Assembly: GCA_010909165.1 (NCBI GenBank)
Contig: VJWM01000235.1
Coordinates: 62,001 to 126,000, forward strand
DNA: 64,000 nt
Direction: 5' to 3'
DNA from: Anthoceros angustus
Taxonomy: Eukaryota; Plantae; Anthocerotophyta
Shown here: positions 33,511 through 62,649 of the stretch, one piece after another
Layout of the letters: each line of letters begins with the position of its first letter
Position numbering within the stretch: position 1 is the first letter of the stretch
Position numbers and translations under genes: made by a program
The notes under the pieces: model-generated
What the model saw: the letters and a program-made list of their open reading frames with translations, nothing else
The model's database searches: none
What the model was told of the DNA's origin: nothing

Positions 33511-35042
33511 CCTGCCGCCGCTTTGGCTTCTCACTTCATCCCCTATGACAGGCCCTGCCTGGCTGAGTGTTGGAATCAAAACTTTATCTCAAAGAAACAA
33601 CTTTAATCAAGATCTACTTTAATCAGAATCTATAGAGATCCTTGGTTGTCTCCTCTACTCCTAAAGGGATCTTTGGTTGTCCCCGGATGGGCTCTTCCCA
33701 TATTTTTTTACCTCAATAAAATATCCCCTTGTTCTTTCTTCGCCGCATGACACAAAGGAGTCCACGGATGTCGAAGATACCGAATCCACGTAAGACTGTA
33801 TCTTAATAAGCGTGAACACCGAACGCCTAATATTTGCTTTTCCCGGAAAGTTGAGCCCTTTAGGCAGCTTACACGGCATCGCACACTTGTAACCCTCATC
33901 TTTGAATCTGAGTACTCGGACATAAACCTTGGTCCTCCACCCTCGGAATTAGACTTGGGCTGCCCTGAGCTCATAACTTATGAATCCTTGGATCCGCCAG
34001 CCTAAATCTTGAAGGCTCCTCCTTTCCAAAGACCCCATCGGGTCTGAAATACATCGGGTCAGCTCCACCATGCTTCAGTCACATTACGTCCAGATGCTCA
34101 GGCGCGCTCAAGGCTCAACAAATCACGACAGCCCCACCAAGCTCCGGCGCCCTGCACATGCACTTAAAGTACAACTTTCTCCATCTGAGGATGCCGCTCC
34201 AGATCCACCCTCTTCCTCCCATCCACTACTCCACAGTATCTCAAGCCTTCGCTTAAGCTGAAATGGCTAGCCTGAACTCTGAAATATCCTCACCGCCAAG
34301 CTTCCACTCTCCTTCCGTGCAGACATTCTACCAGCCATCTCGCCCTAGACCGCCAGCACCGCCAGCACCGCACAACACACTTCGTTCACAACCACAGCTC
34401 TGAACCTCGGTTGCCTGCTACTTTCATGCACAGACTGATCAAAGCCAGAATCAAAACCCTTTATCATCGCTATTCATGACGAGCTCCGAGCCCTAATCTC
34501 CGGTCGGTGTATCCGGACGTGAGATGCCAAGGCGTGCTGGGCGAATTTCAATTCAGAGCCTTGGACGTTGCATCGCGGCGAGCACGCAAAAATTGGGTGA
34601 AGTGTAGCATGTCGGATCGAGGTTGCACTCCAGGTTGGATAGAGTCTGAAGCTTTGAAGACAACCAGCGAGCAAGTTAGTAGATAAGGTCACAGTACAGA
34701 CGGATTTCAGGCGTACTTCCTTAGGTTTGATCAGCAACCACCTGGTGCGGAGGCAGACATGTACTGAGGGTGAATTGCCATTTAGCGGGATCACTCTCAT
34801 GAGAAGCGGAATCGTATCAAGAAGAGGAGCTGCCACAACAAAGCAAATCAACCGGGACTCGCTGCATGTACTGAATCCTCCCGCGGCTGCATTCATCTCA
34901 TGCAAAGTGAATCGCAATCCCTCGGTTCAAATTGTCAGTCATTCGGGGCCGTAAATCCAAAGCCTGCCTTTGAGAGTGAGGTCTCCAGATCTGGACTGCC
35001 TTTTCCTCATGCTGGCGAGCAAGCTTCACCTTTACCTGAAGC

Positions 35043-50559
<15,517 letters not shown>

Positions 50560-51140
50560 CAGGTGTGACGAGAATAGTTGGATTATTTCGTCACTGATTA
50601 CTATCGGATCAGCAATCTTATCGGGGATACGACTGTCTGATCTGGCAGCGTTCTTATTGATTTAACGTGGAGGGACAGGAGGTAAGATATTCTCCATTTG
50701 TTGTGACTGACCGTTCTGTTCGCTCATGCCGAGAGTTAATTCATGTAGTTGGAATGTGAAGGTGAGCTTACATGGGCAAAAAGCGACTACTGCGACAACA
50801 TCCTAACCATAACTGTAGATTATGTATTATGGGCCTCAGCTAGTGTTCTTGGCCGCTCAGTCGACGACTTAGAGTAGGTACCTCATTTTCAAATACTGTG
50901 GTTGGGATCACGAAAGTCTACAGCCGATAGGCAAGGCAGTCGTTCCAATTATCTGTGCCCATCCCTTTCGGGGCAAAATTTGATGTACAATATTTCCGGA
51001 CGACCACGCAAGGGGGCAGTGGCAAAAAAAAGTCGTGACCCTTCTACGAAGAGCTCGATTTATGTTCCGTGATAGACAATGTGCCTGTGACATTCTATTC
51101 TTTTGCTCATGAAAAATTCACTGGTAGATAACTCGAGAGA

Positions 51141-52234
51141 CTAGGAGCTGGTACCGCTCCACAGACGGCCTTGACCTTTCCTGAATTTCTTCGGCGCAAG
51201 CTCGTCATCCTGCACCAGAAAACCCCTCATTACACATCTAGACAGAGATGGAATAGAAAGGGACTATCAAATACCGCACCTCCTTTTTCACTGGGGCACT
51301 CTGCTCAGAAAGGATGAGCTCAATGTGACATGGAGACGACATGTATGCTGCCAATCAGGACAGGGAAACACATTCAGGCCCAAAACCCTGAAAGCCAACA
51401 AGGTGCAGTTTTTACAGAATGATTCACTGTTTGGCACATACGGTTGATTCGTCCATGAGCACGGTAGGTACGCCTGCGTTGCTGCTGAGCTTGGTTGACT
51501 TGAATGTGCGAGACCACTAGGCTTGACACATCCAACCCCTTCACCTGTACACACGAGCCTGAGCTAAGCAGCCAGAACCTCTAGCAGCCTTTGAACAATG
51601 TTCATCTACCACTTTCCCACAGCGTGTCACAGCATCCTGACGTACCTCAGCATTGCTCTGCGCATTCTTCAAAAGACCCAACAAGAAGATAGCGGACTTT
51701 GCAGGCCACCGCCCTTGTCCATTGGAATGCCTTGCCTTGGCCTGGGCTGTTCGGCCCACACCACCACAAAATCGGCGGAAAGGAACGGCCTGCTTGTGGG
51801 CCACAACATCCTCCAGAAACCTCTTGGCTTTCTCGAGGTCCATCTTCTTGATGGCCTGCGCTGTCTCCCGAGTGTTCTGCACGACGATCCGGCAGAAGGT
51901 GAAATTGAGCAACCCTAACCATCTGTATACGGAGCCTATAGTTGCTCAGAATTGCGGAGATGCAATCACCTTGAAATGGACCCGCAGGTCCGAACCCCTG
52001 GCCTTGCATGCTGCAAGGACCACAATGAAGCAAACGCGGTCAGGTGACCTACAGGAACGAAAGGCACCATCGAGCTCGCAGCTGCACACAGCCAGGCGGA
52101 GGAGGCAGCGGACAGTACCTTTGGTGATGACCTCCGGCTCCCGCGAGTACTTCACCTGTTAAGTTTACAAGACCGGACGTCAGAATAGCAGCAGAAAGGC
52201 TCATCCAGAAGGCGGCTAGCGACATCAGTACCAT
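51141..52234 (-). CDS. RPL17: 60S ribosomal protein L17 (uL22), 7 coding exons
   Basis: Spliced product [37 protein letters not shown]...GRWPAKSA...NAE-VKGLDV...[24 protein letters not shown]...-DDELAPKK. All introns GT-AG. Confidence 0.96.
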
Positions 52235-52886
52235 TGTGTTGGGCTCAGTCCGCGAACTCAAAGCCTGGGGGAATTTGTGAAATAATTCAATCCGAGGAAA
52301 TAAGTAACTTGAAGCAAGCGACTTTTCTTTTAGGGCACACTATATACCTAGAACACGACTGTGCCACAGTCATGCTGCAGTTATCAATCTCCTACTTTAT
52401 CAGGCTCAACATCACCAGGATTTCAACGAAAAGGCATGTTGGTGGCTGGGTATGCAGAATTCGATGATGAATGAAGATGTAAATTTCATGCCGCATGGAG
52501 CCAATTTAGCGTTCCTCAACGCCGCCCGTGTCGCCCAATTCTTTCTCGGTCGATGAGGATCTAAAACACTCCCCCTACTCTCGCTGGACCTCAGTCTCGG
52601 CAGACAACCACTGACTCAGTCCTTCACCCGGATCACGATGCTATGACTTTCAGAGCTCCGAATACTGTACCTAGATTCGCACATACCAGTACCGATCAAG
52701 TTTACAGATTCGAAAATTTCGATTGGCTTTTCACGTGATTTCGTCTGGAACACTCACCACATTGCTGAAACTTATCATAACTCTGCGCTCTCGAAAACCT
52801 GAGTCCCCAGTGGCTGTGGTTCTCCTCGATCCAGAGTCTAAGAAACTGTGCGCCTAACCCTTCCAACTTTCATGCACCCCTAGCTG

Positions 52887-53408
52887 CTAGCCTCCAAGAT
52901 GCCTCCACGGATTCTCCACCATCGACCTGTTGTAAAACATCTCGGGACAATCTTCCGCAGACACAGGGCCGTCGCCTCGCCCTCGTCCATGCCTGCCACC
53001 GTACCCTCCTCCTCCTCCGCCTCCTCTCCCGCTTAGGCCCCTCCCCCTAGACCCTCCGGGCAGCCATCCCCCATATTGGCCACTAGGGTTCCTGGAGAGT
53101 GGCACGTATGGTGCTGCCTCGCCTGCCATAGCAGGAGGCGGCTGGGGTACCACCGCCCTCTGCGTTTCCATCCCCTGAGCAGGCCTGCGTTGCCAGCCCT
53201 TGCGCTTAGCTCCTGCATAGGCTGCCAAGGGGTCCGTGTAGTAATCAAACGTAGCCGCAGAATCCTCAGGCGACTCCCGCAGTACAGGCGCAGGCAAATC
53301 GGGCCGTTCCACTACTCCAGCAATAGAGCCTTGTGCCTCCTGCTGCTGCTCCTCTGCAGCCTGTCGCATGGCGCGGAGCCGCGCTCGCCTTTTCTCCGAC
53401 TCCTCCAT
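52887..53408 (-). CDS. SIC: SICKLE-like protein (MPLKIP/TTDN1-type motif), 173 aa, intronless
   Basis: MEESEKRRARLRAMR, FDYYTDPLAAY, an RGG-rich stretch and FYNRSMVENPWRHL match the conserved blocks I recall from Arabidopsis SICKLE, in order. Confidence 0.85.
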   Translation of the reverse strand: MEESEKRRARLRAMRQAAEEQQQEAQGSIAGVVERPDLPAPVLRESPEDSAATFDYYTDPLAAYAGAKRKGWQRRPAQGMETQRAVVPQPPPAMAGEAAPYVPLSRNPSGQYGGWLPGGSRGRGLSGRGGGGGGGYGGRHGRGRGDGPVSAEDCPEMFYNRSMVENPWRHLGG

Positions 53409-54173
53409 GATTCGTGAATTTCGAGTGCCCTCCGAGAATGTGCTGGGAGACGCAGCGTTCAGGACCAGGTGACTTCAGTGTAGACTACGTACATAAGTAG
53501 AAGAAGGGCATAATTCTACCTACCTAGCCATTGGCCTACATTTATAAGAACGTCGTTATTAAGCATCCTGCGCTTGGATCGGTACTTAGATGGGGTGCCT
53601 AAAGGGAATGGATGCCCTTGGTGCAAGTAGTTTAGTCATCCCATGCTACAACTTGTTAAGTACCAAGTGGCATGATGGAAATCCATCCTTAGTGGACTTA
53701 AATAAAATTCTTTTTCTTCTTCTAGCTACTTATTTAAGATTTCTATTAACTTCCTTTAAAATTTCTATTATGTGTACTTCAAATTTCTATTAGGTGTATT
53801 CTGGTGGTTGGCAGGGCGAGTTCATGCTCTTAGTTTGAGAGGCAGGTATGGCCCGTGGTCAGACTCGTTTTGGGGCAACCACATTATTATCTGAATGTAT
53901 GCATGCTTCCCATAGGAGATTGGGCGAAGAAGAGGAGACGTTTAGTAAGGTGGCTTCTCCCAACACCTTTATGTTGACAGTCATCTAAGCTTGTGTGAGT
54001 GATACACATATCGTCCTTATCGTCTAGATATGCATGAGTGGCCATGCAACTTGGCGCTCATCTAAGCTTGTCTTACTTAAGCTCCATTGTACTTGAGGGC
54101 CTTAGCCCACTTCATTTACCTTAGTCAGATCCTTGTGTGATCACAGGCAAGCTTTTACAAACCAAACCATCAC

Positions 54174-55421
54174 CACTACAAAATGAGCGGGTTTATGACA
54201 AGAGGGATATGACAAAGGTCTCATTTCCACAGGGTCCATCATAAAAGATAGACAAAAAATGTGTTGTATGCCAATTTCCAGGCAAGCGTGGTATGCTAGC
54301 TATGATGGTGCCGGGTTTTGTCTTAACCTCGTGTAGACTTCCTACTTAAACCTTTGTTGGGTTAACGATTACCATGGTCAAGCAAGTGGGTTCCCACTAG
54401 ACCGTTGGTCTGCAACGGAAAAGCCCAGCATTGTCCATCTGGGCCATTGCAGGAAATAGGTTTGGGGTGGTGTCCGTACGGGGAGGCCCCATTGCAGCTA
54501 AAGAACGGGAGGCTGCCATGCGATTGCGGTCATAGCCAGCCACCATAAGAGGACTGATGGATCCTCCTCACACAAACAGGCAGATTACGTGCATTGTTTG
54601 CACTTGCCCAAGTTGCGAAGGTCGGTCACCACCTATCCACGCCGACATTGCAGCTCGCCATCAGTGCACCTGGGCCCGGCTCCTTACGGAGGTAAGGCAT
54701 ACAGATTTTTCGTGTTTAGTGCTCTGAAGGCAACAGACCTCCGGTTGACAATTTTGCTTGACAAACGCGAGATGTGGGCAATACGGAAGATGCCATTTTC
54801 CCATTGCATGGAGACATGGAAGTTGGGGATGGTTTGCCATATGCAGAGATTGCTACAAAGGCTCTGCCTATGGAAAGTGGCCGCCGGCAACCCGCCAGAG
54901 ATTTCACTCGGCTTGTGCCGCATCCGGCTGCTAGTGGTGGTGGGCAAGGCGGCCCGCTTGATGCCAACCCAGCGGTTGGAGGCGGAGACACTGATGCTAC
55001 GCACTTGTCCGGAGCCATGGAAGCCTTTGTTTTGGGATACTCGCATGAGGCGCAAATTGCCTTGCAAGCAAAGGCCGAGAAACCTCTATGGACAATCATT
55101 GCCGGTGAAGTATTCCAACACACACGACTGTCCGGGGTTCTAGCCTTCCTCAACATACACGAGCGTTTTGTCATGCCGTGTGATACTAATCTCTGCACTT
55201 GGGTTTAGTATTTGATTAGCATTAATTAATCTAATTACTTATCTTTAAGTAAGTAATTAGTGTTAATTAATCTAAGGTGCTTATGTTAATTAAACATTGA
55301 TTCGTGTTAATTAATCTAAGGTGCTTATGTTAATTAAGCATTCAATAGTGTTAATTAAACATGGTTAGCAATAGCTAAGTGGATAAGCTCAAGTAATATG
55401 CTTTGGCATATTATAGTGTAT
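54174..55421 (+). mobile_element. CACTA (En/Spm) left end with N-terminal transposase remnant
   Basis: CACTACAAAA terminus, TATGAC/TCATAAA subterminal motifs, CTCPSC motif, and KAEKPLW...TRLSGVLAFLN resembling the region ahead of Transposase_21. Confidence 0.55.
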
Positions 55422-55929
55422 TGTGGCACGACTTTCGCTGAAGGCCAGCCGGGCGCGCACGGTCCCGTGTCGTTATAGTAAGGGGTTCGTTCCACAGGGA
55501 ATGGACTCGTGCTTATTCTGCCTGAGCTCTACAACCTATCGCCTGAACGGACTTCATCATGTTGGGTCCGACGGCTCCACAACCCTCAGGGTGTGCCCCT
55601 CCACAACTCGTCGGACCAGACGCGCAGCCACCGGATCTTCCCACAAACCCCGGGTTTCTCGATACCGGAACGGTTTAGCGGCCTCCAAACGATCTCATTA
55701 CCCTTGCGCGCTCCTCAACTCTGTCCGGCCACAACTCCACCTCAACACACACGCCGCAACACAACCCTCCTCCCTTATCCATTCCCAGCTATTAGTCACA
55801 ACACCAACACGCCGATGTATTCACACCAGGCCGCCTTTGCCGTTCAGTGCCCGCTGCGTTCAGGCCAACCCCGCGGCCTACCGCACCTCCGTTCCAGTAG
55901 CCTCCAGGGATGGCCTCCGCCCAGCAGGT

Positions 55930-58900
55930 TATTGGAATCGCGTTACGTTAAGCAGACACTAACTCGTGGTTATGAATGATCACGGGTTAACTAACGTGAA
56001 TAACATCTCAATAGGTTATTAAGTTATTAGGTTAAAAAACAGTTACACTCACTTTTCTTTATTGTTTCATTGAACCCTAAGTGCAGTTATCTTTTTCGCT
56101 CATCCGCACTAGTTCGCGCTCTCGTTTTTGTTGCCACTCTCAAGTATCAGCATGGTGATATCTTAATCCACTTTATGGTATCAGAGCTATGGACCGTAAT
56201 CGGATCCCCTATGGCATGGGATCTGCCCCATTAACATGGAAGAAATCAACACCATCTGTTGAAGGCAATCCTAACCCTAGGGGATCAGCGATCATGGCAA
56301 TCCCAAGATTAGATCTTTTGGAGCCGCAATTAGACGTTTCTTTTCCTGAATTCTTCAGCATGGAGCCTGCTGCAACATCGCATCCATTTTGGACAGCACC
56401 GCCTTGAGCATTCCCTGGCAGGAGGAAGAAAAGAGAATTTACTTCGATTTGCTCAAACAATCTTGGCGGTGAGCAAATGGAGGCGCAATCAAAGCGCGAG
56501 GTGATGGTGATCACGGCACATGGTGGCGAGGGCAATCGAGGCAGTTTTGGGGAGATGAAGACTCACCTTCTCAAACCTGTATCATTCACCTGTAATCATT
56601 GTAATTGCTTCTGTTCGCGTGTGAAGAGCGGCCTTTGCCTCGTTGCATTACCTACACAACACAACACATCTCAAGACCACATAGCCATTAGACATCTAAA
56701 ATTCACGGTAGGAATCCTTAAAGACCAAGCACATCTAGCACATCAAAACTATAGAAAGGACCGGATCAAACTACAAAAAGCAGATAGGTGTTTTGAACAA
56801 AAATTGTCACAGTCTCTCTGATCGGATCGACTTAAAATTACCACCTAGTATCGATTTCTTAGGCCCGCTATACCTCGTCGACATCTCTCGCTGTGACCCA
56901 TCTTTTGGACTGATACAAGTACCTGAACCAACAGATCTTAGGGTCTTTAGCAAGAATGTTTAGTCGGGACTCTCGATCCTCTATACTCTAGGGTAAAATG
57001 GAAGGTTTCTGGCACTTAATAGGCGTATGTGGTCACCTCCAAATAGGTATCCTAGATTACCTCGGCATAGTCCTACCTCCCTCAAACCTCCACTCATGGC
57101 AACTAATCCACCCAATCCTCCTAATCGCACAATTATAAACAACAATACAAACAACACTTTCAAACCTGGACATGAAAGACAAGGGAGTTAATTGGATTAC
57201 CCAATATGGGAGCTTGAATGGAGGCAATCTTGAAGAGCAAGATCTCATGGATGTTGACAGAAAAATCACAAATCCGCATTAGCAAACCCTAGAGGTCGAT
57301 CAAACATTCAAGCTTGGGTAAAGTGGACAAGAAACACGTAGCATAATCCTACTCGCTCGACGGAATATGGTTCAACACACTCAAGGCAGACCGTCTGCAG
57401 TATGGAAATTGTTTAAGGACATGTTACAAAAGGCGGATGTCGCTTATCAATGCTACTAGACAACTCTATGGCCTTCGCATGAAGGATAGTGACGATGTGG
57501 AGAATCACTTACTCAAGTTTCGCGGTTTCGTGCCAAGCTTGCTTCTGTGGTGATGTTTTGGCGAGGCGAAGGCTATCACTCTCCTTCTCACATCTCTGCC
57601 ACATAGTTACAGAGCATTTGTCACTACACAAACCAACTTTGCAAACCAAGCAGGTGCAAACATTACTTTCTCACAAGTAGTTGGTGCACTGCCGGAGGAG
57701 GAATCCAGCAGAGTTGCTACTGGACGAGGTCAGCAGCAACATAATTCACAAGTACTCTACACCCAACGTGGACGTGGTAGAGGACGAGGTAGAGGAAGGG
57801 GACGACCCTATCCTGCACCAACCTCCTTTACACTTGGACAGAAAAAGAAGGGCACCTGTCATTGGTGTCGCATACCTGGACACTTCGAATCCGAATGTCG
57901 TAAGAACCGGGCTGGAGAGCCACGCCGAGAGGCACCACCTGGTGCTGAAACCCATGTAGTGACAAGAGGACAGATTAGTCCTACACAAACAGCACACAAG
58001 CCGCCAACCATCCTTGCGGTATGTCTCTCCCTTACTCAGGCGATACTAATATGTGGTTCTTGGACTCGGGGCTACACATCATATCGCCTATCGAGAGACA
58101 AATTTGTCACCTATAAACTAGCACCAACTAGTCGGTTTGTGCTACTTGGAGATGATTGGATTGGCGATTCTTTGGATATGGTGATGTTTCTTTCCTATGA
58201 AAGGAGGGAACCACATCACCTGCTTGGGTGTCTTACATGTACCTAACATGAAGAAGAATCTTTTATCGGTCGAAACTTGTCCTAGACCACCATCGAGTGT
58301 GTTTCACACCTAGTGGCGTATAGTAACATCGATTAACAACCACTCAATCATTTTAGGAGAAGGAGTCACTTACAATGATCTCTACCATTTTGACATTACA
58401 CCAATTATGCATATGGGTATTCGATGCCAAGAGTGATGTAGACAAGACTTCCCTTTGGCATAATCGCCTCATCATCCTAGCATAACGTACATACGTCAAG
58501 TCGTTAGTAAGCGAATTATACAAGGATCCCATTTCTTTTAAACTTGAAGATCACCTTTTGCGAGGCGTAGTCGGAAAAATGTAGCAAGCCATATCATGAT
58601 CCGAGCCTACCAAAGCAAGACCTTTTGATGTCGTGCACTCGGATATATGCGGCCCTATGTCAACATCTTCTTTCGGTGGTTCGATATATTTCCTATTGTT
58701 TATCGATGAATGGAGCCATTATTGCCACATTTTACGCATCGCCTCATCGGACTTATGAGAAGTTTCTAGACTATGTTCGGATGGCGAAACACAAACCGGC
58801 CGCAAAGTTAAAAAGCTCAAGTGACAATGCTATGGAATACCTCGAATGATTTCGATTCATTTTGCGAAAAGGGTATACTTCATCGGTGACTCCCGTATCA

Positions 58901-59475
58901 TCACGCACGAATTCATATCTTTGAGAGATATAACGAACTTTGCCGGGCTACCCTCTCATCGCAGGACTTACCATGATTCTTTGAGAAGTAGCATGATAAA
59001 TTATGTCTGAGACGAGGCTTCTATTAAGCCATTGTTCTCCCACACCTTTGAGCGGTGTGGTCACAAACCAAGAATTGGCCACTCGAATTTTGGTGCGCAT
59101 GCCTACCACGGCCGGCAGGGGTAAGATGGATAACCGAGCAACCAAGCATGTATTCCTTGGTTACTCGGAACAATCAAAGGCTACAAATTATATAATCCAC
59201 GGACTCGACAACTTACATTGTACGCGTGTAAGTTTCAATGAGAGTTTCATACTCACCTCACATCGAGAGTCTGTCACAAGCCACAAGCCATTGTCAGAGC
59301 CTTCCATATATGGTCGTACTCCACAGCAATTTTCAGTAGATAAAGAGTTAGAGCTCGACATTTCAAACTTTCCCACAGAGTTTATGGACAACACAGTCCT
59401 TCCAGCAGTTCCTTTAGCCATACCTCAGCCTCCTTTAGCTGTCCAGCAGCCCATCATACCTCCAGACCGTAATCA
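55930..59475 (+). mobile_element. Degenerate Ty1/copia element (5' LTR, PBS, gag, protease, integrase), cut by a nested insertion
   Basis: PBS TGGTATCAGAGC at 56176-56187, knuckle CHWCRIPGHFESEC, WFLDSG, LWHNRL, FDVVHSDICGPMS, GKMDNRATKHVFLGYSEQSKA. The LTR start is approximate. Confidence 0.85.
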
Positions 59476-61264
59476 TGTTATGGGCTACGGACTTCCCTTG
59501 GGGTTAGGAAATAAGTTGGGTTTTGTTTTTTTCGTAGGTCCGAAGTGTAAAATAAGGCGGAAAAGGAGGAATGCACGACTGACTGGGACTGTTCGAGTGC
59601 ACTCGGACTCGGAGTAGGTAACGGACCCCTGCATTACCATAAGGACCTCGACATAAGTATCGGATAAGTCCGGACCCCTCCGGGTCAAAAGCAGGGATAA
59701 GTACGCTAGGAAAGTAACTTAGAAGTTGGGCGTGAGTTAGACAGAGCGGCGCCACGGACGGGCCTGAATGGAATGGCGGGCGGGCATCAGAGCGCGAGGG
59801 GCCGCAGGCGGTATTCACGCCCGCGCATCGCGCGGGCGCCGTAAGGCGAGTAGGCGGGCGAAGGCGAGTAAGCCATGCGAGCTCTTGCGATTCAGACGGA
59901 CAAAGAGCCACTCCCTCCGCGCTGAGTGCCATTTCCGACAGAGGCGGTCATTCTCCCAAGTAACTTACATCACCGCCGCGCTCGCACACCCGGCGTTGTC
60001 TTTGATCGCCTTGAGCACCCGGGCGAACTCACTGCGAAGCAAATTGACGCCGGCCAAGGAGGCGGACGGTCAAGGGAGCCTCACACTCCAACAGCGGGAT
60101 GGAGGCGGGAAGATGGGACCCAAGAAAGTGGCGGAGGTATAGGCACCATGGAACTTGGTGGGCGCAACATTGTCACCTTGGCTATCCGGACTTGGCCGTG
60201 CCGAGGCGGGGGTTGGTCGAGGAGTGGCACCGGACGTTTTCAGGCTCGGACATTTGACAGCCACCCTCCGTAGGCAGTTGCCGGCGAAGGCGGCGAGGTC
60301 ATTCTCCCAAGTAACTTCACATCGATCTTCGCTGCTCTTCAGACAGCCCTCTGGCGTTGTCTTTGATCGCCAGGCACCCTTGGCGTAACTTCGACTTGAA
60401 GAAGCAATTGGCCGTGACCAAGGAAGGCTGCTGAACCTCACACTCAGCAGGGGACGGAAGGAGGCGGGAAGATGGGACCCAAGTGGCGGAGTATGGGCAC
60501 CATGGAACTTGGTGGGCGCAACATTGTCACCGGCGCTACTCCGGACTTGGGCCGTGGTGGAGGAGGCGGGGGTTGGTCGAGGAGTGGCACTGGGCGTTTT
60601 CCAGTGTGGACATTGTGATGTCACCCTAGTCCGGAGTACGCCGGAAGATGGGGCTGCCAACAAGGAGGTTTGGTCTAAGAGCCTTCGAGAGGACCCCTGT
60701 GAGAGGACCGTGGAGGTCCCGAGGGCGTGTACAAATCTGGCCCAGGAGGAAATTAAGCGAGTCCCGGAACCTCTCAAGGCGGAGGGAAGATAGAGGCGGC
60801 AAGGCCGCCCCTCGGCTGAACGCATAGCAGACAACCAACACCGGGTTGATGCCGAGTTGCTAGGCAGGAGGGTGCGGCGGTGGCGGATAATTGTCCATCG
60901 GAACATGCTCACCAAGGTAGATCACCTTGGTGACAATCTGGTGTTCCCGCATGCACCGCAGAGGAAGGAGGGCAGGCGGTGGGGAAGGATCATCTTCGCC
61001 GGGGATCAATCGGGAAGCTCACAAGGTGAGGTGTGAGAAGCCTCGCCGTTATCGCGTTCTTAATTCATGTGGGCACACATGAACCTCCAAGGAGGGAAAA
61101 GAGAGCCAGACCCGGAAGGACCTGGCCGCCACCGGAGGCGGAAGGAAGAACCAGAGGTGGAAGCCCGTCCGGAAAAGAGAGCGGGAGGAAGGCACGTAGA
61201 GGGAATCCCAGACTCCATACGTTTGGAGCGGACTCCCTCGCCACCAAGGGAAGTGTGGGAGGGC
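59476..61264 (+). mobile_element. Gypsy-type retroelement fragment inserted in the copia integrase; contains a ~350-bp tandem duplication and an accessory-ORF remnant
   Basis: Start resembles 25866. GGTCATTCTCCCAAGTAACTT at ~59946 and ~60297. 60500-61260 is collinear with ~23690-24490. Confidence 0.7.
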
Positions 61265-62400
61265 TGTGGAATGGGGTTTTTGCATCCGGTGATTTAAAGA
61301 GGCCACATTTACCCTCTATGTCGTTATAGTCCTAGGATTCGATCCCAAGGAATGGTTTTGTGTCAAGGTGTTCTAAAACTATGGATTCTAGACTTACCTG
61401 CCGATCACTACCCCACCTTATCCAGCCTACTCCTACCCAAACCCACCACCGTGGAAGACTCGGCCACCGCAGTTGGTCGGTTCAACCACCGTGGCGGGTC
61501 CCACTACGCCGCCTGCCGGGGTCTATTTGTCACCGGCTCCGCAGCACCTTGGGGCTATGGACATACACACACCTATACACGCCTCACTTCACTCTAGGAA
61601 TTTCCGATTCCACCGCACTTCCACCTTACTCATTTCCGATTTTCCCCACACGCACTCACAATCCCTCACACAAGACTCATCTACTCCTTTCGGGACCTTC
61701 CCTTCCTAATAAATCCTCTCTCCTCACGGGCCACACAGACCCCTCCTTGGGCCACATGCACCTCCTTGGGCCACACCCTCTTGGGCCACATGCACCCCCC
61801 TCATGGAATAAAACACGCCGGGTGGCGCAGCTTGGGAAAGAGGATCGTGAAAGAAAACCCTGGCCGGCTTCGCTCCGCCCCGCCCCTCCGCAATTCCTAC
61901 CTCTTTTCCGGCCACCTACCACACCCGCGTGGAGCTTGGCCACTCGCTCTCGACCATCCAGGATCTTCCCGGCCTTCTTGTGACGAGAAGGCGGTGCATC
62001 GAACGAGTTTGATGCCGATCGCCTCCAACCAACCTCGCGCATAGCTTCAACACACGGAAGTTCACACCAAATTGTCTCAAGAGAGACACTCAAGGGTCTC
62101 TTATACATTCACCGTGGATTTCCACCACTCCTACCAGGTTCTAGAAAATATGGCCCACTACCACGCGCTCCTACCAATTCTGTAACTACACTCCGGGTCC
62201 TCAAAACATCCTATCCTCTACCCCAAAAAGAAGCTCTGCCTATGATGTCGCTCCTCTAAAATCAGCGGGCCGCTGTTGCCGCTTAGCCTCGCGGCGGGGT
62301 TCCTCGCCTCCGCCTCCGCCACGCCCGATCCGAGCGATTCTCCCCAAAACCTCCACCTCCACCGCCTGCAGCTTTTCGCTGCCTTCCCATGGGCGCCGCG
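61265..62400. mobile_element. LTR-family copy 3, inverted relative to copies 1 and 2, partial
   Basis: Begins TGTGGAATGGGG. Reverse complement matches 31480-31603/25340-25463 and ~30230-31000. Confidence 0.85.
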
Positions 62401-62649
62401 CCTATAGGCCCTATGCCCGTTATTCCGCCTCCTCATCGCCGGGACAGCCACACTGTGCTCCTCCCTCCACGCTCGGCCTCCGCCATTCCTCGATCACCAC
62501 TTGGGGGTAGGCCCCCGCCTCCTGCTCGAAGAACCATCGTAAACGCCTGTGGCGGTCAAGATGTGCAGCCAATAGTTTCGCCTCCTGTCCCAACAACCAC
62601 ATACACATTTAGAGTGAGCACCGCTCACCATGCAGGTTGTGGACATGAG

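Noticed and set aside
33560-34430. Possible L1-type 3' remnant on the minus strand
   Set aside because: Only a weak NEVCCAVL-like resemblance, not enough to support a call.
52232-52234. ATG-only first coding exon of RPL17
   Set aside because: A common arrangement in ribosomal protein genes, not novel.
61245-61264. Purine-rich stretch before LTR copy 3 as a PPT
   Set aside because: It is collinear with ORF sequence at ~24470-24490, so the LTR is an insertion at this point.
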